NCBI RefSeq assembly: GCF_001194135.2
Contig: NC_068990.1
Location: 55,551,874 to 55,615,873 of the forward strand
Reading direction: 5' to 3'
Length of the DNA stretch: 64,000 nt
Source: Octopus bimaculoides
Taxonomy: Eukaryota
The notes under the pieces are model-generated. The model was not told where the DNA came from and ran no database searches. It worked only from the letters and a program-made list of their open reading frames with translations. Positions 38,385 through 52,042 of this stretch are shown here, piece by piece. Position numbers and translations under genes: made by a program. Numbering within the stretch: position 1 is the first letter of the stretch; every line of letters starts with the position of its first letter.

Positions 38385-39079
38385 ATTGCATTCGAATCTT
38401 GCGCCATAACTTTGGTACTCCATACACATCAACAGAAAGAACGCACATATCACAGTATGTAACGAGTACTTGGGGTAGGGCTGTGTTAAAACATGAGCAC
38501 ACTGGGAAGTAGTCCAGGGACCTCACTGGTCTAGAGGGCCCAATGTATGTTGATCAATGTATGTTATGGCTTGCTGTCAATAAATAAATACTATAGGGTC
38601 CACAGCATTGATTTGCCCGGGGGCCTAGAGAGCTACTAAGACGACTCTGGCTTGGAGGAGTGTATTAAAAGTAGAAAAAGTTGTATTGCTTTAAGTATCG
38701 ACACAAATCAACCAACAAATCTGGAACAGAAATTGAATCTAAAAATAAAAAATAAAAAAAACTCATTGAAGTAATCTTCATTTTTCGACTTTACAGTTTT
38801 ATTAGATTTTAACGGAATCCAATATAATGCTTTTAAGGGGTCACTTAGCAGTCAAATTCTTCGAATCACACTTTGTGATGTTGAAAAAGCAAAGAACAAC
38901 TTTATAATACAATTCTAAATACACAAATAGATGGAATAGTCACGATTGGTACGCCTCTGATCATAAGTTTGCTCAGTCAGCGCCGATCTGGAGCGATACA
39001 TTAACAGCACAACAAGTGGATGTTGATAAGATTCTCTCGGATACCATAGACAGGGTTGATATAGGATATTGCCGAGAAG

Positions 39080-39164
<85 letters not shown>

Positions 39165-39671
39165 GTCTCTCTCTTTCTATCTATCTGTCTACTTATCTAC
39201 CCCTGTTGTCTCATGAGCCTAAACGTTTGAACATTAAATTCCAAACTAGCAACAAGACTTCTATAGTCTGTTATATTACTTTGAAAATATATTAAAAACT
39301 TGTAATTTTTGTTAAATATTTTCTTAAATTCCGAAAAACTACATATAACTTCAACGGACTAATGTCCACATGAGAATAAAAGTTGTATTTATTTTCATCA
39401 ACCACGGATACATTAAACGCATTTTCAATGCTACCAGGATTTTAATTAAGAGAAATTTAAGTGTAATGCATTGTGATCGCAGTCCACATACTCAGTAAGT
39501 TCGGTGACTTGTCTGTTTACGCGAATCAATTCGTTCACTCGCTGGGGTTCGTGTCAGTGGTCGTAGCTGATGATCTCTTATTGCGTGTTTTGTCTTCCGT
39601 ACTGGTTTACTTCTACTTAAAACTCCTTCATCGATCTCTGTACATCGATCTCACTAATAATAATAATAATA

Positions 39672-41082
39672 ATGTCCGGATGCAGTACCAGGCAGTGGCT
39701 CTCATGGCTTCTGATCTTAATTGATCGGTAGTGTTATCATGGACATTGTTTTGTCTTGGTATAAAAGATGGGCTGCAGCAAATATTCTGCTTAATACCAC
39801 AGATTTGCTGGTCAGTTGTTTGACCGTAACCGGATCTTTGGGGTTTGACGGGCAACATTTTTTTGGTAGTGTTTTTGGTACCGAAACACTTTCAAACTTC
39901 GAATATTTGTATATTTTGTGGTATAGAACAGATAAAAGATTTTGTATTCGAAGTTATTTTATGTNNNNNNNNNNNNNNNNNNNNNNNNNNNNNNNNNNNN
40001 NNNNNNNNNNNNNNNNNNNNNNNNNNNNNNNNNNNNNNNNNNNNNNNNNNNNNNNNNNNNNNNNNNNNNNNNNNNNNNNNNNNNNNNNNNNNNNNNNNNN
40101 NNNNNNNNNNNNNNNNNNNNNNNNNNNNNNNNNNNNNNNNNNNNNNNNNNNNNNNNNNNNNNNNNNNNNNNNNNNNNNNNNNNNNNNNNNNNNNNNNNNN
40201 NNNNNNNNNNNNNNNNNNNNNNNNNNNNNNNNNNNNNNNNNNNNNNNNNNNNNNNNNNNNNNNNNNNNNNNNNNNNNNNNNNNNNNNNNNNNNNNNNNNN
40301 NNNNNNNNNNNNNNNNNNNNNNNNNNNNNNNNNNNNNNNNNNNNNNNNNNNNNNNNNNNNNNNNNNNNNNNNNNNNNNNNNNNNNNNNNNNNNNNNNNNN
40401 NNNNNNNNNNNNNNNNNNNNNNNNNNNNNNNNNNNNNNNNNNNNNNNNNNNNNNNNNNNNNNNNNNNNNNNNNNNNNNNNNNNNNNNNNNNNNNNNNNNN
40501 NNNNNNNNNNNNNNNNNNNNNNNNNNNNNNNNNNNNNNNNNNNNNNNNNNNNNNNNNNNNNNNNNNNNNNNNNNNNNNNNNNNNNNNNNNNNNNNNNNNN
40601 NNNNNNNNNNNNNNNNNNNNNNNNNNNNNNNNNNNNNNNNNNNNNNNNNNNNNNNNNNNNNNNNNNNNNNNNNNNNNNNNNNNNNNGACATTGTTTTGTC
40701 TTGGTATAAAAGATGGGCTGCAGCAAATATTCTGCTTAATACCACAGATTTGCTGGTCAGTTGTTTGACCGTAACCGGATCTTTGGGGTTTGAATAATTC
40801 ACCTTTGGAAACATGGGTGTTTTGCTCAACATCCTTAAACAAACCTTATTCAGGGACCTTTTGAGCGGGATGGGCTACTCGACCTGAAGAAAATTCTAAC
40901 TGGGCCCCACTTGCGAGGTCATGCGCTGTTCATCTTGATATGAGATCACCATGTCGCGCACATATGGTTGTGATGCATGTGCCTGATGTACCCTTATCAG
41001 ACAGGTAGTCATGATGGGTATAATGGGCTTCGTATATTTTACCCCAGTGTCACTTTGTTGGCATGCACTGCTCTCTCACTCA
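39672..41082 (+). mobile_element. Family D copy interrupted by a MITE-like insert and an assembly gap
   Basis: Family D 5' part at 39672-39848, insert from 39849, and family D resuming at 40687 through to gctctctcactc(aat)n. Confidence 0.85.
39849..39964 (+). mobile_element. Left end of a MITE related to the 61549 element
   Basis: gtagtgtttttggtaccgaaacactttcaaacttcg...tatagaacaga...ttttgtattcgaa aligns with 61596-61690. Confidence 0.75.
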
Positions 41083-41224
41083 ATAATAATAACAATAATA
41101 ATTTTAAAAAAAACCTCAAGGACGTAACTGAAATCAAAATGAGTTATTTAACAGTTTTAATAATATACAAGTAGCTTTTCCTCTCTGAATTTCCGATTTA
41201 TATGATTTACAACTTTTCGAGAAT

Positions 41225-41420
41225 TTTTGTGAAATTATCCCATCCATGGCTCATTTCCTGCGCTCGCGACGCTTGATCAACCAAGAGGAGGTGGCGGCTT
41301 CAGTGACGGAGGTCTTCACCTCAAAGGACAAAAACTGATATCAGTATGAGATCAATGAGCTGGCAGGAAGGTGTGACTTCAGACGGTGCTATACGATAGT
41401 TTCCACTTTGAATGCCAGAT
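41225..41420 (+). mobile_element. Mariner transposase C-terminal fragment
   Basis: SMAHFLRSRRLINQEEVAASVTEVFTSKDKN*YQYEINELAGR resembles the mariner C-terminus FRSM..FL..RRF...EEV....FF.SK...WY..GI..L..RW. Confidence 0.7.
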
Positions 41421-41810
41421 TACTTTTGTTGTAACTTAACGGGTAAAGCATATGAGTTATCAAAATATTGCAAAACTTTCCACTCAGCATAATATAACTT
41501 TTAAAATATTTTGCTTAACTACTGCAAATGTTGCCACCTAGAGACAGAGTCAGAAACGGAAACAATGTCAACTGAGCCAATGACCAAATTATGTTAGTGA
41601 GTGCCACCAACCCCCAACCTCACTTGCTTGGTACCCTTTTATTTGTTTCAATTCAGCGTCTCATTCTGTTATCAGAAAGTGGATATTAGCGAGGCATCTT
41701 AGAATGCTTTCTCTTGCAGTTCCTTTCTTGGTTCTCGCTTCACGTGTGTGTTCTCGTTAACGAGCGATTATTGGGAACGCGTTAACACGTAACGTCGAGA
41801 ACTAATTGCA

Positions 41811-42036
41811 TCTTTTATTTGTTTCAGTCATTAGACTGCAACCATGCTGGGGCACCACCTTGAAAAATTTTAGTTGAACGAACTGACCCCAGTGCATATT
41901 TATTTAAAAATCTTAAACCTGGTGCTTATTCTATTAGTCTCTTTCGTTGAACTCCTAGGTTTCGGGGACGTAAAACACCGATACCTGTTGTCAAGCTGTG
42001 GCGATGGACAAACACAACGACACACACACACACACG

Positions 42037-42089
<53 letters not shown>

Positions 42090-42268
42090 AAAAATATATA
42101 TACACGACAGGCTTCTTTCAGTTTCCTTTTACCAAATCCATTCACAAGGCTTTGGTCAGCTCGAAGTTATGCTAGAAGACACTTTCTCAAGGTGTCACGC
42201 ACTGAGACTGAATCCGGAACCATGTGGTTGGGAAATAAACTTCTTACCACAGAGTCACGCCTGCGCCT
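41811..42268 (-). mobile_element. SINE family B, full length, with internal (TG)n
   Basis: Same architecture as the 37907 copy. Confidence 0.9.
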
Positions 42269-43259
42269 ATGTTATATTTTATTGCAAATCTCTCTGAATC
42301 TTTATTTTTGCTCTTTATTGATACGTATTATACAATATGACTGAGATCCAGCACAAACTGTTGACTTTTTATTCCGAAAAAACTGGCGCCGCTTTTGTAC
42401 TAGGCGTTGAAGAGACAACTAATCAGCGTTCTTTGTTCAGCACATTAGCCTTGCTTCTATTTGAAAACAATATAAGGCTATTTCGACTTCAACACGATTT
42501 GAACTTGCAGCTCAACAAAATATATTTCGGTTCAAGCCAATATATATGTTTTATACACACAGCTATTTCAGAATGAATGAATGAATGAATAAATAAATAA
42601 ATAAACAAAAACAAAAGGAAAAACAAACACTATCTACAAGAACAAACAAAGCAAAAACGAACGTGATATCATAAAACATCGATAAAGACTTCCTATTATT
42701 TGCATCCATTTACTTGTTTTAACTAACATGTAGTTATAATAACAATGTTTGCTCGCCGAGTTACCATGTCCTAAGAAAGAGCAGGATGGTAGAATGAATA
42801 AACTTCAGTATATTAGTGGTGTTTATTTTATCGACTAAAGACGGATTTGAATTTAGTAATGCGAGGCATCGAAATGGATATCAGAAATAAATCTAGTTTG
42901 ACACCTCAACACAATCTGAATCATTTCCAGCGGCGCTTTAATAGGGATTAATAATTCAATAACATCAATAACTGAATGAACTAAACTGAAATGCGTTAAG
43001 ACGTTGAAAATTACATGGAAAAATACTAATTACAAACATTAAAACAGAACACGTAACCAATTATTGTTGTAACACAGTTCTATTAATGTTTGGCTAATGC
43101 TCATATCAGCTTTGGTGTAAGTGGCTTGCTAACTCTTTATATAAGTGGCAAATATAGCCTGTCTCCTTTAATATCTGAGATTAACAGATCTCTACTGTTG
43201 AGTGAAAGTTCAGCAATTGAAGGGTTTAACATACTACACTTTGAATCCTGTCATACTAT

Positions 43260-43725
43260 TATGTTGACATTTTCTCATTGGTTCCATCCATTTATACATC
43301 TTCTTCGTCCTCTATCTCTGGGAGGGTCGTGGGGTCAGAGTTCTTATAACCCTCTTCCATAGGGCTCTATCAGAAGCAACCGTCATTAAACCTTTCCAGC
43401 TGGATTCTCAAGCGTGACCAACTGAGACTATGGATATCTAACCATCACGTTCTTGGTCTAACCCTCGGTTTCCCGCCGGCTGGCTTAACTTGAAGAATCC
43501 CATTCTTTCCTGTGACGTTGTCCTGATTTGTCCTGGAGAGACTCCTTGATCTCCGAGCTAGGTGCCCTGTCGAGTAATATTACTCCAGAAATCCTTCTGA
43601 GGAAACCCATTTTGGACACTTGTATTCTCGATTGTATTTTGTCGGTCAGTACACAACGTTCACGACCATGGGTGAGGATAGACACGAACACTGAATTGAA
43701 GATAGCGAGGTTGGCTTTACATACA
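43260..43725 (-). mobile_element. RTE-clade LINE 3' fragment
   Basis: LAIFNSVFVSILTHGRE..LTDKIQSRIQVSKMGFLRRISGVILLDR..SSEIKESL. Confidence 0.75.
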
Positions 43726-43997
43726 ATGTAAAGACCTTATCACTATAATATGTATGTATGTACAACTTGATTCCACTTATAGCCATTCTTTACCCCGCGG
43801 AATTGCTCCCTCGTAAAGACATTGGAGTCTAAGTTAGAATCATTTGAGCGCTAGAGTGTATTCTCTGGATCTCATCTGTTGACTTTCTCTCTCTCTTTCT
43901 CTCTCTCTCTCCCTCAGTCTATATGAATTACTGCTCAAGGGGTATGAGCAATATCGAACACGCACAAGGTATGCGTGTTCCTATACACACGCACACA

Positions 43998-44062
<65 letters not shown>

Positions 44063-44658
44063 GTACACATGTAAATGGCGGTGCCCCAGCTTGACCACAG
44101 CTCATGAGCTGAAATTAGATAAAATGAAAAAATAAAATAAGAATATATACATATATATATACATATACATACACACATATGTGTGTGTGCGTGTGTGTGT
44201 GTATAGCGATATAAACGCCAGTGCTTTTATACTCCACAAGCCCATAAGATAGGTCCTCTCATGGTAAATAACACCGTATTTTGTGTTCTAACACAACCTC
44301 CACTTTTAGTGGGAGATGAATTTTACCTTTTGGTATTAATACTGCTTCCGTCACTAGCAATTATTTTCAATAAGGCCACTGGCTATTTGCGACATCAACG
44401 CTTCATTAAACAATGAGATTTTTATGTGTCGCTGATGGAGGAATCGACTGCTATGTCTAGCTGGACGTTTATATTTTAGAAGCCTAAACAACGATGAGAT
44501 CACGTGATCTGGCAGTTCCGGTAGCCGTAGCGGACAGTTATCGACCGTCAGCGATGTAAATACGAGTGATTTTATGCTCCACAAGCCCATATAAGAGATC
44601 TTCTCATGGTAAATAGCGTAGTATTCTGTGTTCTAGCCAGACTTCCACTTTTAGTGGG

Positions 44659-44696
<38 letters not shown>

Positions 44697-44735
44697 TATA
44701 TGTATACACATACATAGATGCACACATATATACCC

Positions 44736-44811
<76 letters not shown>

Positions 44812-44846
44812 ATCTCTCTCTCCCTCTATATATTTGTAAAAAAAAA

Positions 44847-45230
44847 GGGCGCAGGAGTGGCTGTGTAGTAAGTAGCTTGCTTACCAGCCACATGGTTCCG
44901 GGTTCATTCCCACTGCATGGCACCTTGGGCAAGTGTTTTCTACTATAGCCTCGGGCCAACCAAAGCCTTGTGAGTGGATTTGGTAGATGGAAACTGAAAG
45001 AAGCCCGTCGTATATATGTATATATATGTATGTGTGTATATGTTTGTGTGTCGCTTAACAACCGACGGTGGTGTGTTTACGTCCCCGTAACTTAGCGGTT
45101 TAGCAAAAGAAACTGATAGAATAAGTACTAGGCTTACAAAAAATAAGTCCTGGGGTTGATTTGCTCGACTAAAGGCGGTGCTCCAGCATGACCACAGTCA
45201 AATGACTGAAACAAGTAAAAAAGAGTAAAA
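44847..45230 (+). mobile_element. SINE family B, full length
   Basis: ggcgcaggagtggctgtg..ggttcattccc..accttgggcaagtg..gaagcccgtcg, then TA/TG repeats, then accgacggtggtgtgtttacgtccccgtaac..aaatgactgaaacaagtaaaa. Confidence 0.9.
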
Positions 45231-46002
45231 AAAAAGAGAGAAAAAAGAGTATAACACACATACACACACACACACATAAATATAATACACACATACATAC
45301 AGACATACATATATACTCAGATACACGGATATATACACATAATATATCTATCTACATCTATGTACGCATGTAGATATGTTTGTATGTAGGAATGTATCTA
45401 TCTATCTACCTGTCTACCTGTTCGTCTGTCTGTGTATGAATAGTAACATATACATATCTTAACAACGATGTATTCCTGAACATACACGTATATGACAACA
45501 GCAGCTTTCTGTGATTTCATATAAACTAAACCATAGTACAGTTTCTTACCCATCAACTGATGAAGCTTTATCATACATGCATCAATAATTAATTGCACAC
45601 TAGTCAACAACACAACTACTCTGTGGTCATTCGACCAGCTAGAAAAAGTTACCAAATCTCCTTTAAAATCAAAGCTTACAAGGACACAATGAACAATATA
45701 GCTGTAAATATAAAAAGACTGGATTGTTATGGTTGAAACGCATTTGATCAAATATCTTGCGTAATAACCGTCGATGATCAGAAGCTAAGCAACACGGACA
45801 TCAGCAGCAAGTAACAGCAACAGAAGCAGAAACCAGCTACAATGACATCAGCAACAGCAATGGTTTATTGTAGACACATGCTTCACTTGATTGCTGTTCG
45901 ACAGGTATTGATTGTTTTGTACCGACCGATTTCTTTATGACACACATACACAAACACGCGTACATAAACACAATTACGCATATATGCATACACACATGAC
46001 AC

Positions 46003-46104
<102 letters not shown>

Positions 46105-46939
46105 GGAGGGAGAGACCTATGTAGAATAAGTGACTGAATGACTGAGGTTATTAATTTATATGTTGCGTGTCATTCTGCCTGGTTTGTATCTACCAACTGG
46201 GGTGATTCAGCTTGTGATAAACTAAGCTTCCATCAACTTGAAATGGTTCTATGTAATTTGGTTTTATATAATCGCTGTTTAATTAAGAAATATAGATAGG
46301 ACGCCTGTCATATTTACAGGAAATATAGGTTCGTGTCCCACGCCAGCTTTCAACTTTTCTAATCAAAGTCTTTTTTTTATATATATAAATCCAATATTTA
46401 TGCTCTATTATTTATACTCTTATTTGCTTCGAGATTCACTCTACCACAAAAGAATTATCTCATATTCTTGAATTTTCTAAGCTCCCGTGATGTTTATTAA
46501 AATTGCTAAAATAGATAGAGAAATTCAAAGTATTGCTCTGGTCCAATGGTAGAACATCTGTTGTGTTTGCAGGACTTGTGTGTTCGAGTCCTGAGGATAA
46601 CATTCGACTTTTCTATCCAAGTGATTTTAAAATCCAGTATTTACACGCAATTATCTATAGTTTTATCTCTGTGGCCCCTGGGCAACTGCCTCCTGTTCCC
46701 ATACCAGAAGACTTTTTTTTGTTCTCATTCCATTTTTTTGTTCTCAATCCTTTCTGTTGAAGAGCATAGGCTTGAAACGTCAAAGACTTTTCCATTTTTC
46801 CCGAGCGTCAAATTAATACACACCTGGTTGTTGTCCCTTCACCTATTTTCGTCTTTTGTTTTCTGTAAATTTGAACAATGTGTGTGTGTGTGTGTGTGTT
46901 AATGTTTTACATCAATCAACCTTATCAGTCGTATGAACA

Positions 46940-47584
46940 CAGTTGAAAATCCTTTATCCGAAATTCCTGAATCCGAATAACACGCCACAAATAGAAATTC
47001 CATAAAATACTTGGAAAGTTCCATCAAGTACGACATGAGTTTACAAGCAGGATTATCATGTTTTGCTTTTGTACAGTAAGCACAGAATGTTATTTTTACG
47101 TGGGATCTGAATGTTACCTCCATGTACAAATGCAACACGACTAGCATCATTATGTGTACACTACTTTAAAAAGAAAAGCTGATCTTTTCTTCAGTTTTAA
47201 TTTTGTACACTATTAATCATAGTCAATGCTGTAGTTTTATATCTTACATAAAACCTAATATCTGTACAGTGCAATAAAAAAAACCCCAACAAATAGCGTA
47301 TGTGTACTGCAAACTTGTAATCAAAACATGATATTGTCGATGGAGACTGATATCTTTCTGATGGTATTATGAATAAAAAATTATTAAAAATTTATAAAAT
47401 TACATACATGGTATATGTCTAAGCTATTTTACGAAATGTAAAAAGACGCTGTATTTAGCTTTATGGCCCATTCCCAAGCTATTCTATTTTAAAGATAGAA
47501 ATATAAAAATATTCCGAAATCCGAAAAGTTCTCAAATTTTCATACTTACGGCCCCAGGAACTTTGGATAAGGGATTCTCAACTG
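46940..47584. mobile_element. pogo/Tigger-like non-autonomous DNA transposon
   Basis: TIRs cagttgaaaatcctttatcc and ggataagggattctcaactg; TA on the right flank (CA on the left). Confidence 0.75.
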
Positions 47585-47887
47585 TACTATAAATGTTTTG
47601 TCATATAGTTTAGGTCTTCGATATCATTGTATAGTTGTTAAGCGTTATATACGATGTCCGTAGCGGAATTATATTATAGATGAGTAATATCAAGGTGCAT
47701 TCTTATTTGCTTTTTAATAAATAGCCTTCTGCTATTATCGCTAAGCATCTTGAGAAGCGGAAATCAGTAAAATTGTTGAATAAAAATAGAACCGGTCATT
47801 TTGAACTTTGTCCGAGATTGCCGAAAAGGTCACCGTGGGATCAGATTTTACTGTGGGTAAACAAACATAGAATTTAACTCTGTATAC

Positions 47888-48296
47888 TCTTTAACTCTTT
47901 TACTTGTTTCATTCACTTGACTGCGGCCATGCTGGAGCACCGCCTTTAGTCAAGCAAATCGAACCCAGGACTTATTCCTTGTAAGCCTCGTACTTATTCT
48001 ATCGGTATCTTTTGCCGAACCACTAAATTACGGGGACGTAAACACACCAGCATCGGTTGTCAAGCGATGTTGGGAGGGGGGTCAAACACAGACACACAAA
48101 CACACATACACATATATATACACATATATATACGACGGGCTTCTTTCAGTTTCCGTCTACCAAATCCACTCACAAGGCTTTGGCCGGCCCGAGGCTATAG
48201 TAGAAGACACTTGCCCAAGGTGCCACGCAGTGGGACTGAACCCAGAACTATGTGGCTGGTAAGCAAGCTACTTACCACACAGCCACTCCTGCGCCT
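47888..48296 (-). mobile_element. SINE family B, full length (a further partial copy at 48478-48635)
   Basis: Matches the 44847 copy in reverse complement. Confidence 0.9.
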
Positions 48297-48786
48297 ATAG
48301 TTATTTATTCATAAACAAAGCTGTCTTGCAACCCTAGTGATTAAGAGTAGATGGTTCTTTAGCTGCTGTGCAATTAACAAATATTTCGTTAGTTTGAAAA
48401 ACTGACTTGAAATCTTCTTTCCTATGGACATAGAAAAGGCAACAAGAGATTAATTCTGTGCGTTCATATTGTTTATTTGCTTCAGTCTTTGGCCTGTGGC
48501 CATGCTGGGGGTACCGCCTTGAAGAGTTTAGTCGAATAAGTCGACGCCACTACTTATTTTAAAGCCTGATAGTTATTCTATTCGTCTTTTGTTTCGGAAC
48601 CGCTAAGTTACGGAGACGTAAACACATCAACACTTGTACACTATATACTTGTTAAGCTTAATGTCAGTAGAGTTTATGAAAAAAATACAAAAATCCTTGT
48701 ATAGAACTGTGCGCTTCATAGTTCCAGTGACGCGGTGTTTGGCTGTCGTGCGCATGCTCGCATGTCCGAGGTAGGAAGTTTCACAT

Positions 48787-48846
<60 letters not shown>

Positions 48847-49264
48847 ATTGTCGTTCTCGCAGTGCCAGTGAAAAGTAATGTTTCTTTTGGACTCCGCGTG
48901 TATTGTATTTAAAAACGTGTTTATATTCTTGAATGAGATAAAGTGTAGAATTAGATTATTATCCTGCTTCCGACTTCAGTGTAGCTGCCCTTATTTTGTG
49001 ATTTAGCGGGGATTTTTGAAAAACAAGGGGGAATTCGCGGCGGTGTTCTGTGAACAAATTAAACACACCACCCAGTAGTGGCTAAAACTCGAACCGATCA
49101 AATTAATGTATAAAATATTCTTTTTATGTTTGTTTCCTTTTACACAATATTAAAACAACGGCCAAAAAATTTTCTGAAGCAGCACCCCCACTAATTTTAT
49201 CTACGAGCCGCCACTGCATGCTTGTATAAAATAACAACAGTGATTTATTATGATTGCACATCAA

Positions 49265-49485
49265 ACATTAAATGTATTGATTTCAAAGTTTGATTGAAGG
49301 CCAGCAATTTTGTGAAATGGGTTAAGTCGATTACATTAACCCCATTGCCAACTGGTACTTGTTCTATCGATCTAGAAAGGAATGAAAAGTAAAACGGACC
49401 TCGGCGGAATTTGAACTCAGAATGTAAAGGCAGACAAAATGCCGCTAAGCATTTTGCTCGGATGCTAACGATTCTGCCACGCTAC
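49265..49485 (-). mobile_element. SINE family A
   Basis: Family A blocks from aaggccagcaattt to gctaacgattctgcca. Confidence 0.85.
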
Positions 49486-50239
49486 CCAATTTTCACAGTG
49501 TGCTAATGATTAATGAGATATATTTTGTGATGTTGAAACTTCTACAAAATTATTAACACAGTAAGGAAATGAAATTGTCTTCAGCTAGGAATCGAAACCG
49601 GGTCACGTACCAGCTTTTCTGGCAACTTACCTTGTAGTTGAATCTATCGCAGTAAGTGACTGCTACTTGTTTTATCAATGCTGGAGGGCAAAAAACAAAA
49701 AAACAAAAAAAAAAACAAAAAAACAAAACAAAAACAAAAACAAAACAAACAAAAACAAAACAAAATAATTCAAAAACAAAGCAAAACAAAGAACCCGCAG
49801 TATTTTTGCTATATTTATGCGGTCATTTTATATTCATAAATTTGATTAACAAATTACCACCTACACTCTGTCTCTGAGAAGTGTTTACCAATTTTCACCT
49901 TTTACTACTGGGGTCAGTTTAATATTTAATTTATCTTGGCATCACTCGTTCGGTTTGTTTTGGTTCTTCAAATATTTTCGCCAGAAACTAATCAGAATTA
50001 GTTGATGGTCTGCCTAATTATTTCACCTCATTACAATAACCATCTTCTATTTTACTGAAACTGTATCGATCCCGGCTTTCTCAGTTTCTACACAAATCAT
50101 TACCATATATCATCCTCATTCTTTTTGTTCTTTTGTCTTTCCTCTTTCTCCTTTCTTGCTTCGTTTTTAAACCCTTCTCCTAGTATTAATGACCTAGATT
50201 TAATCATCTTTTGTGTCACTCAATGTATTCTATACATTA

Positions 50240-51040
50240 ATGAACACGCTGGTACATTTAACCGAAACACGCTGAAATGACACCATCTTACAAACTGGAC
50301 GGCTTTTACCCAACACAGCTACTCCAATAAGACCATCATCCGAAAGGCAAAGGATGCCGTTATGCATCACACAGGCTACAAGTCCTCTTTCCTACCGAAT
50401 TGCAGCCGATCGTTTTGATCCCTTATCAAAAGATCGCTTCCATTTTCGTGGAACTATCCTTCACACTAATTCTCAAGCATGATGGTTCCGTAAGCAGTAC
50501 ACATGCAGAAAAAGTCTCTAGATTTCCCACTCGCTTTGCATCCAACTCCACACTGCACATACTAGGTAAATCTCCTCCAAAACGATCACTTACCACACCA
50601 TTAGTTTCATCAAAGTCACCACTACAAAGACTAGCCTTCCTCTTCAGGATCAGAATAGACTTTAGCCTCTTCCAACTGATACTCACAACAGAGTATTGCA
50701 TCCATACATGAGATGGTGCCGTTGCTACATACGTAGACATCCCCGATCACATCAAAGGAAAGGTCGCTCGATTGTCTGATATAAAATCTCTCGCCATTAC
50801 ATTCCAGTCTCTGGTCCACAAACATACAGCCTTCTCTCTTTGACTTCTCGGAATGGCCCAATCTCGTATCACATCCGGACGCTTCAAATTCACTCATTTC
50901 TTCACACCTCGCCACTCATATTGTATGCAACCCTGCCCATAGTCTGCATTAACTACTACATCCAGTCCTTCCTGCGCCGAACATTGACTCTCTGAAATTC
51001 ACTATCTGCAACGGTCGACCAGCAACTGTCTAAAAAAAAT
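50240..51040 (+). mobile_element. Decayed CR1/L2-type LINE fragments with 3' end
   Basis: C-terminal YYIQSFLRRTLTL*NSL resembles CR1-group Y..SFFPRT..LWNSLP. A-rich tail at about 51030. Upstream ASIFVEL..HAEK..FASNSTL. Confidence 0.55.
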
Positions 51041-51111
51041 AAATAATCGCGTCGATCTGACAGGTCTAGGAGGACTAGAGAAGTCCCAGGCATTGCCCCT
51101 ACAGCTAGACC

Positions 51112-51185
<74 letters not shown>

Positions 51186-51381
51186 TAATAATAATGATAA
51201 TAATAATAATAATCCTTTGTACTATAGGCACAAGGTCTGAAATGAAATTTTGGGGGAGGGGACTAGTCGATTATATCGACCCCAGCATTTCACTGGTACT
51301 TAATTTATCGACCCCGAAAGGGTGAAAGGCAAAGTTGACCCCAGTGGAATTAGAACTCAGAACGTAGCTAAGCTCGCCGCC

Positions 51382-51418
<37 letters not shown>

Positions 51419-51699
51419 CAATAATGATAAAAACAACAGATAAGAGCTGCATTTTAAAGATCCTAACAAACTCGTCTTCCACAAGCATCCTAAACATTTC
51501 ATATTAAACTTGGATTCATCCCATCAACAGAGATCGCGAAAATAGCCCCCAATAAGACTAGAACTACATAGTTTATTCACCACTACAATCGCCCTCGAAT
51601 GAATAACACCACTAAAACTCTCAAAAGAGCTTACATATTTGAAATCTCAAAATCTTTGGTGATATATCGTGGTGCTGCCCATTTATAAACATTGCTGTA

Positions 51700-52042
51700 G
51701 ATGCATCGTTTTATCCGTTAACTGTAAAATTAAATTTCATGGTTATTTAAATTGTTAAACCACGTGATCATGTGATTGACCAGACTATCAGATTTGTTAT
51801 ACACCGCCCGTCACAATGCGCTTTGCATCGTTTTAACTTTCGAACGATGCCACCCTACTGGCTAGGTGAGTAGACCAACATTCTCCCTGATCAGAAGGCT
51901 ACTTTGTCGTAGGGTTATCCATTTACAGCTGAGGGGACTGAAGCAATGTGAAATGGAGTGTTTTGATCAAGAATACCAATGCACCGCACGGTCCGGAAAT
52001 CGAACCCACGATCTAGCGATCGTAAGTGCAACACCCTTAACC
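51700..52042 (-). mobile_element. tRNA-derived SINE with CORE-like domain
   Basis: Minus strand: aaggcgcatggcttagtggttaagggtg..gggttcgatttccggacc..ttcttgatcaaaacactccatttcac. Confidence 0.8.

Noticed and set aside
41720-41788. Possible exon after a ctttctcttgcag acceptor (SFLGSRFTCVFSLTSDYWERVN)
   Set aside because: The donor is weak, no partner exons were identified, and the peptide is not recognisable.
42337-42576. 79-aa ORF MTEIQHKLL...
   Set aside because: No motif, splice support or repeat homology; this length is expected by chance.
46535-46600. Isolated tRNA-like fragment (tggtccaatggtag...gttcgagtcc)
   Set aside because: Too degenerate to call as either a tRNA or a specific SINE.
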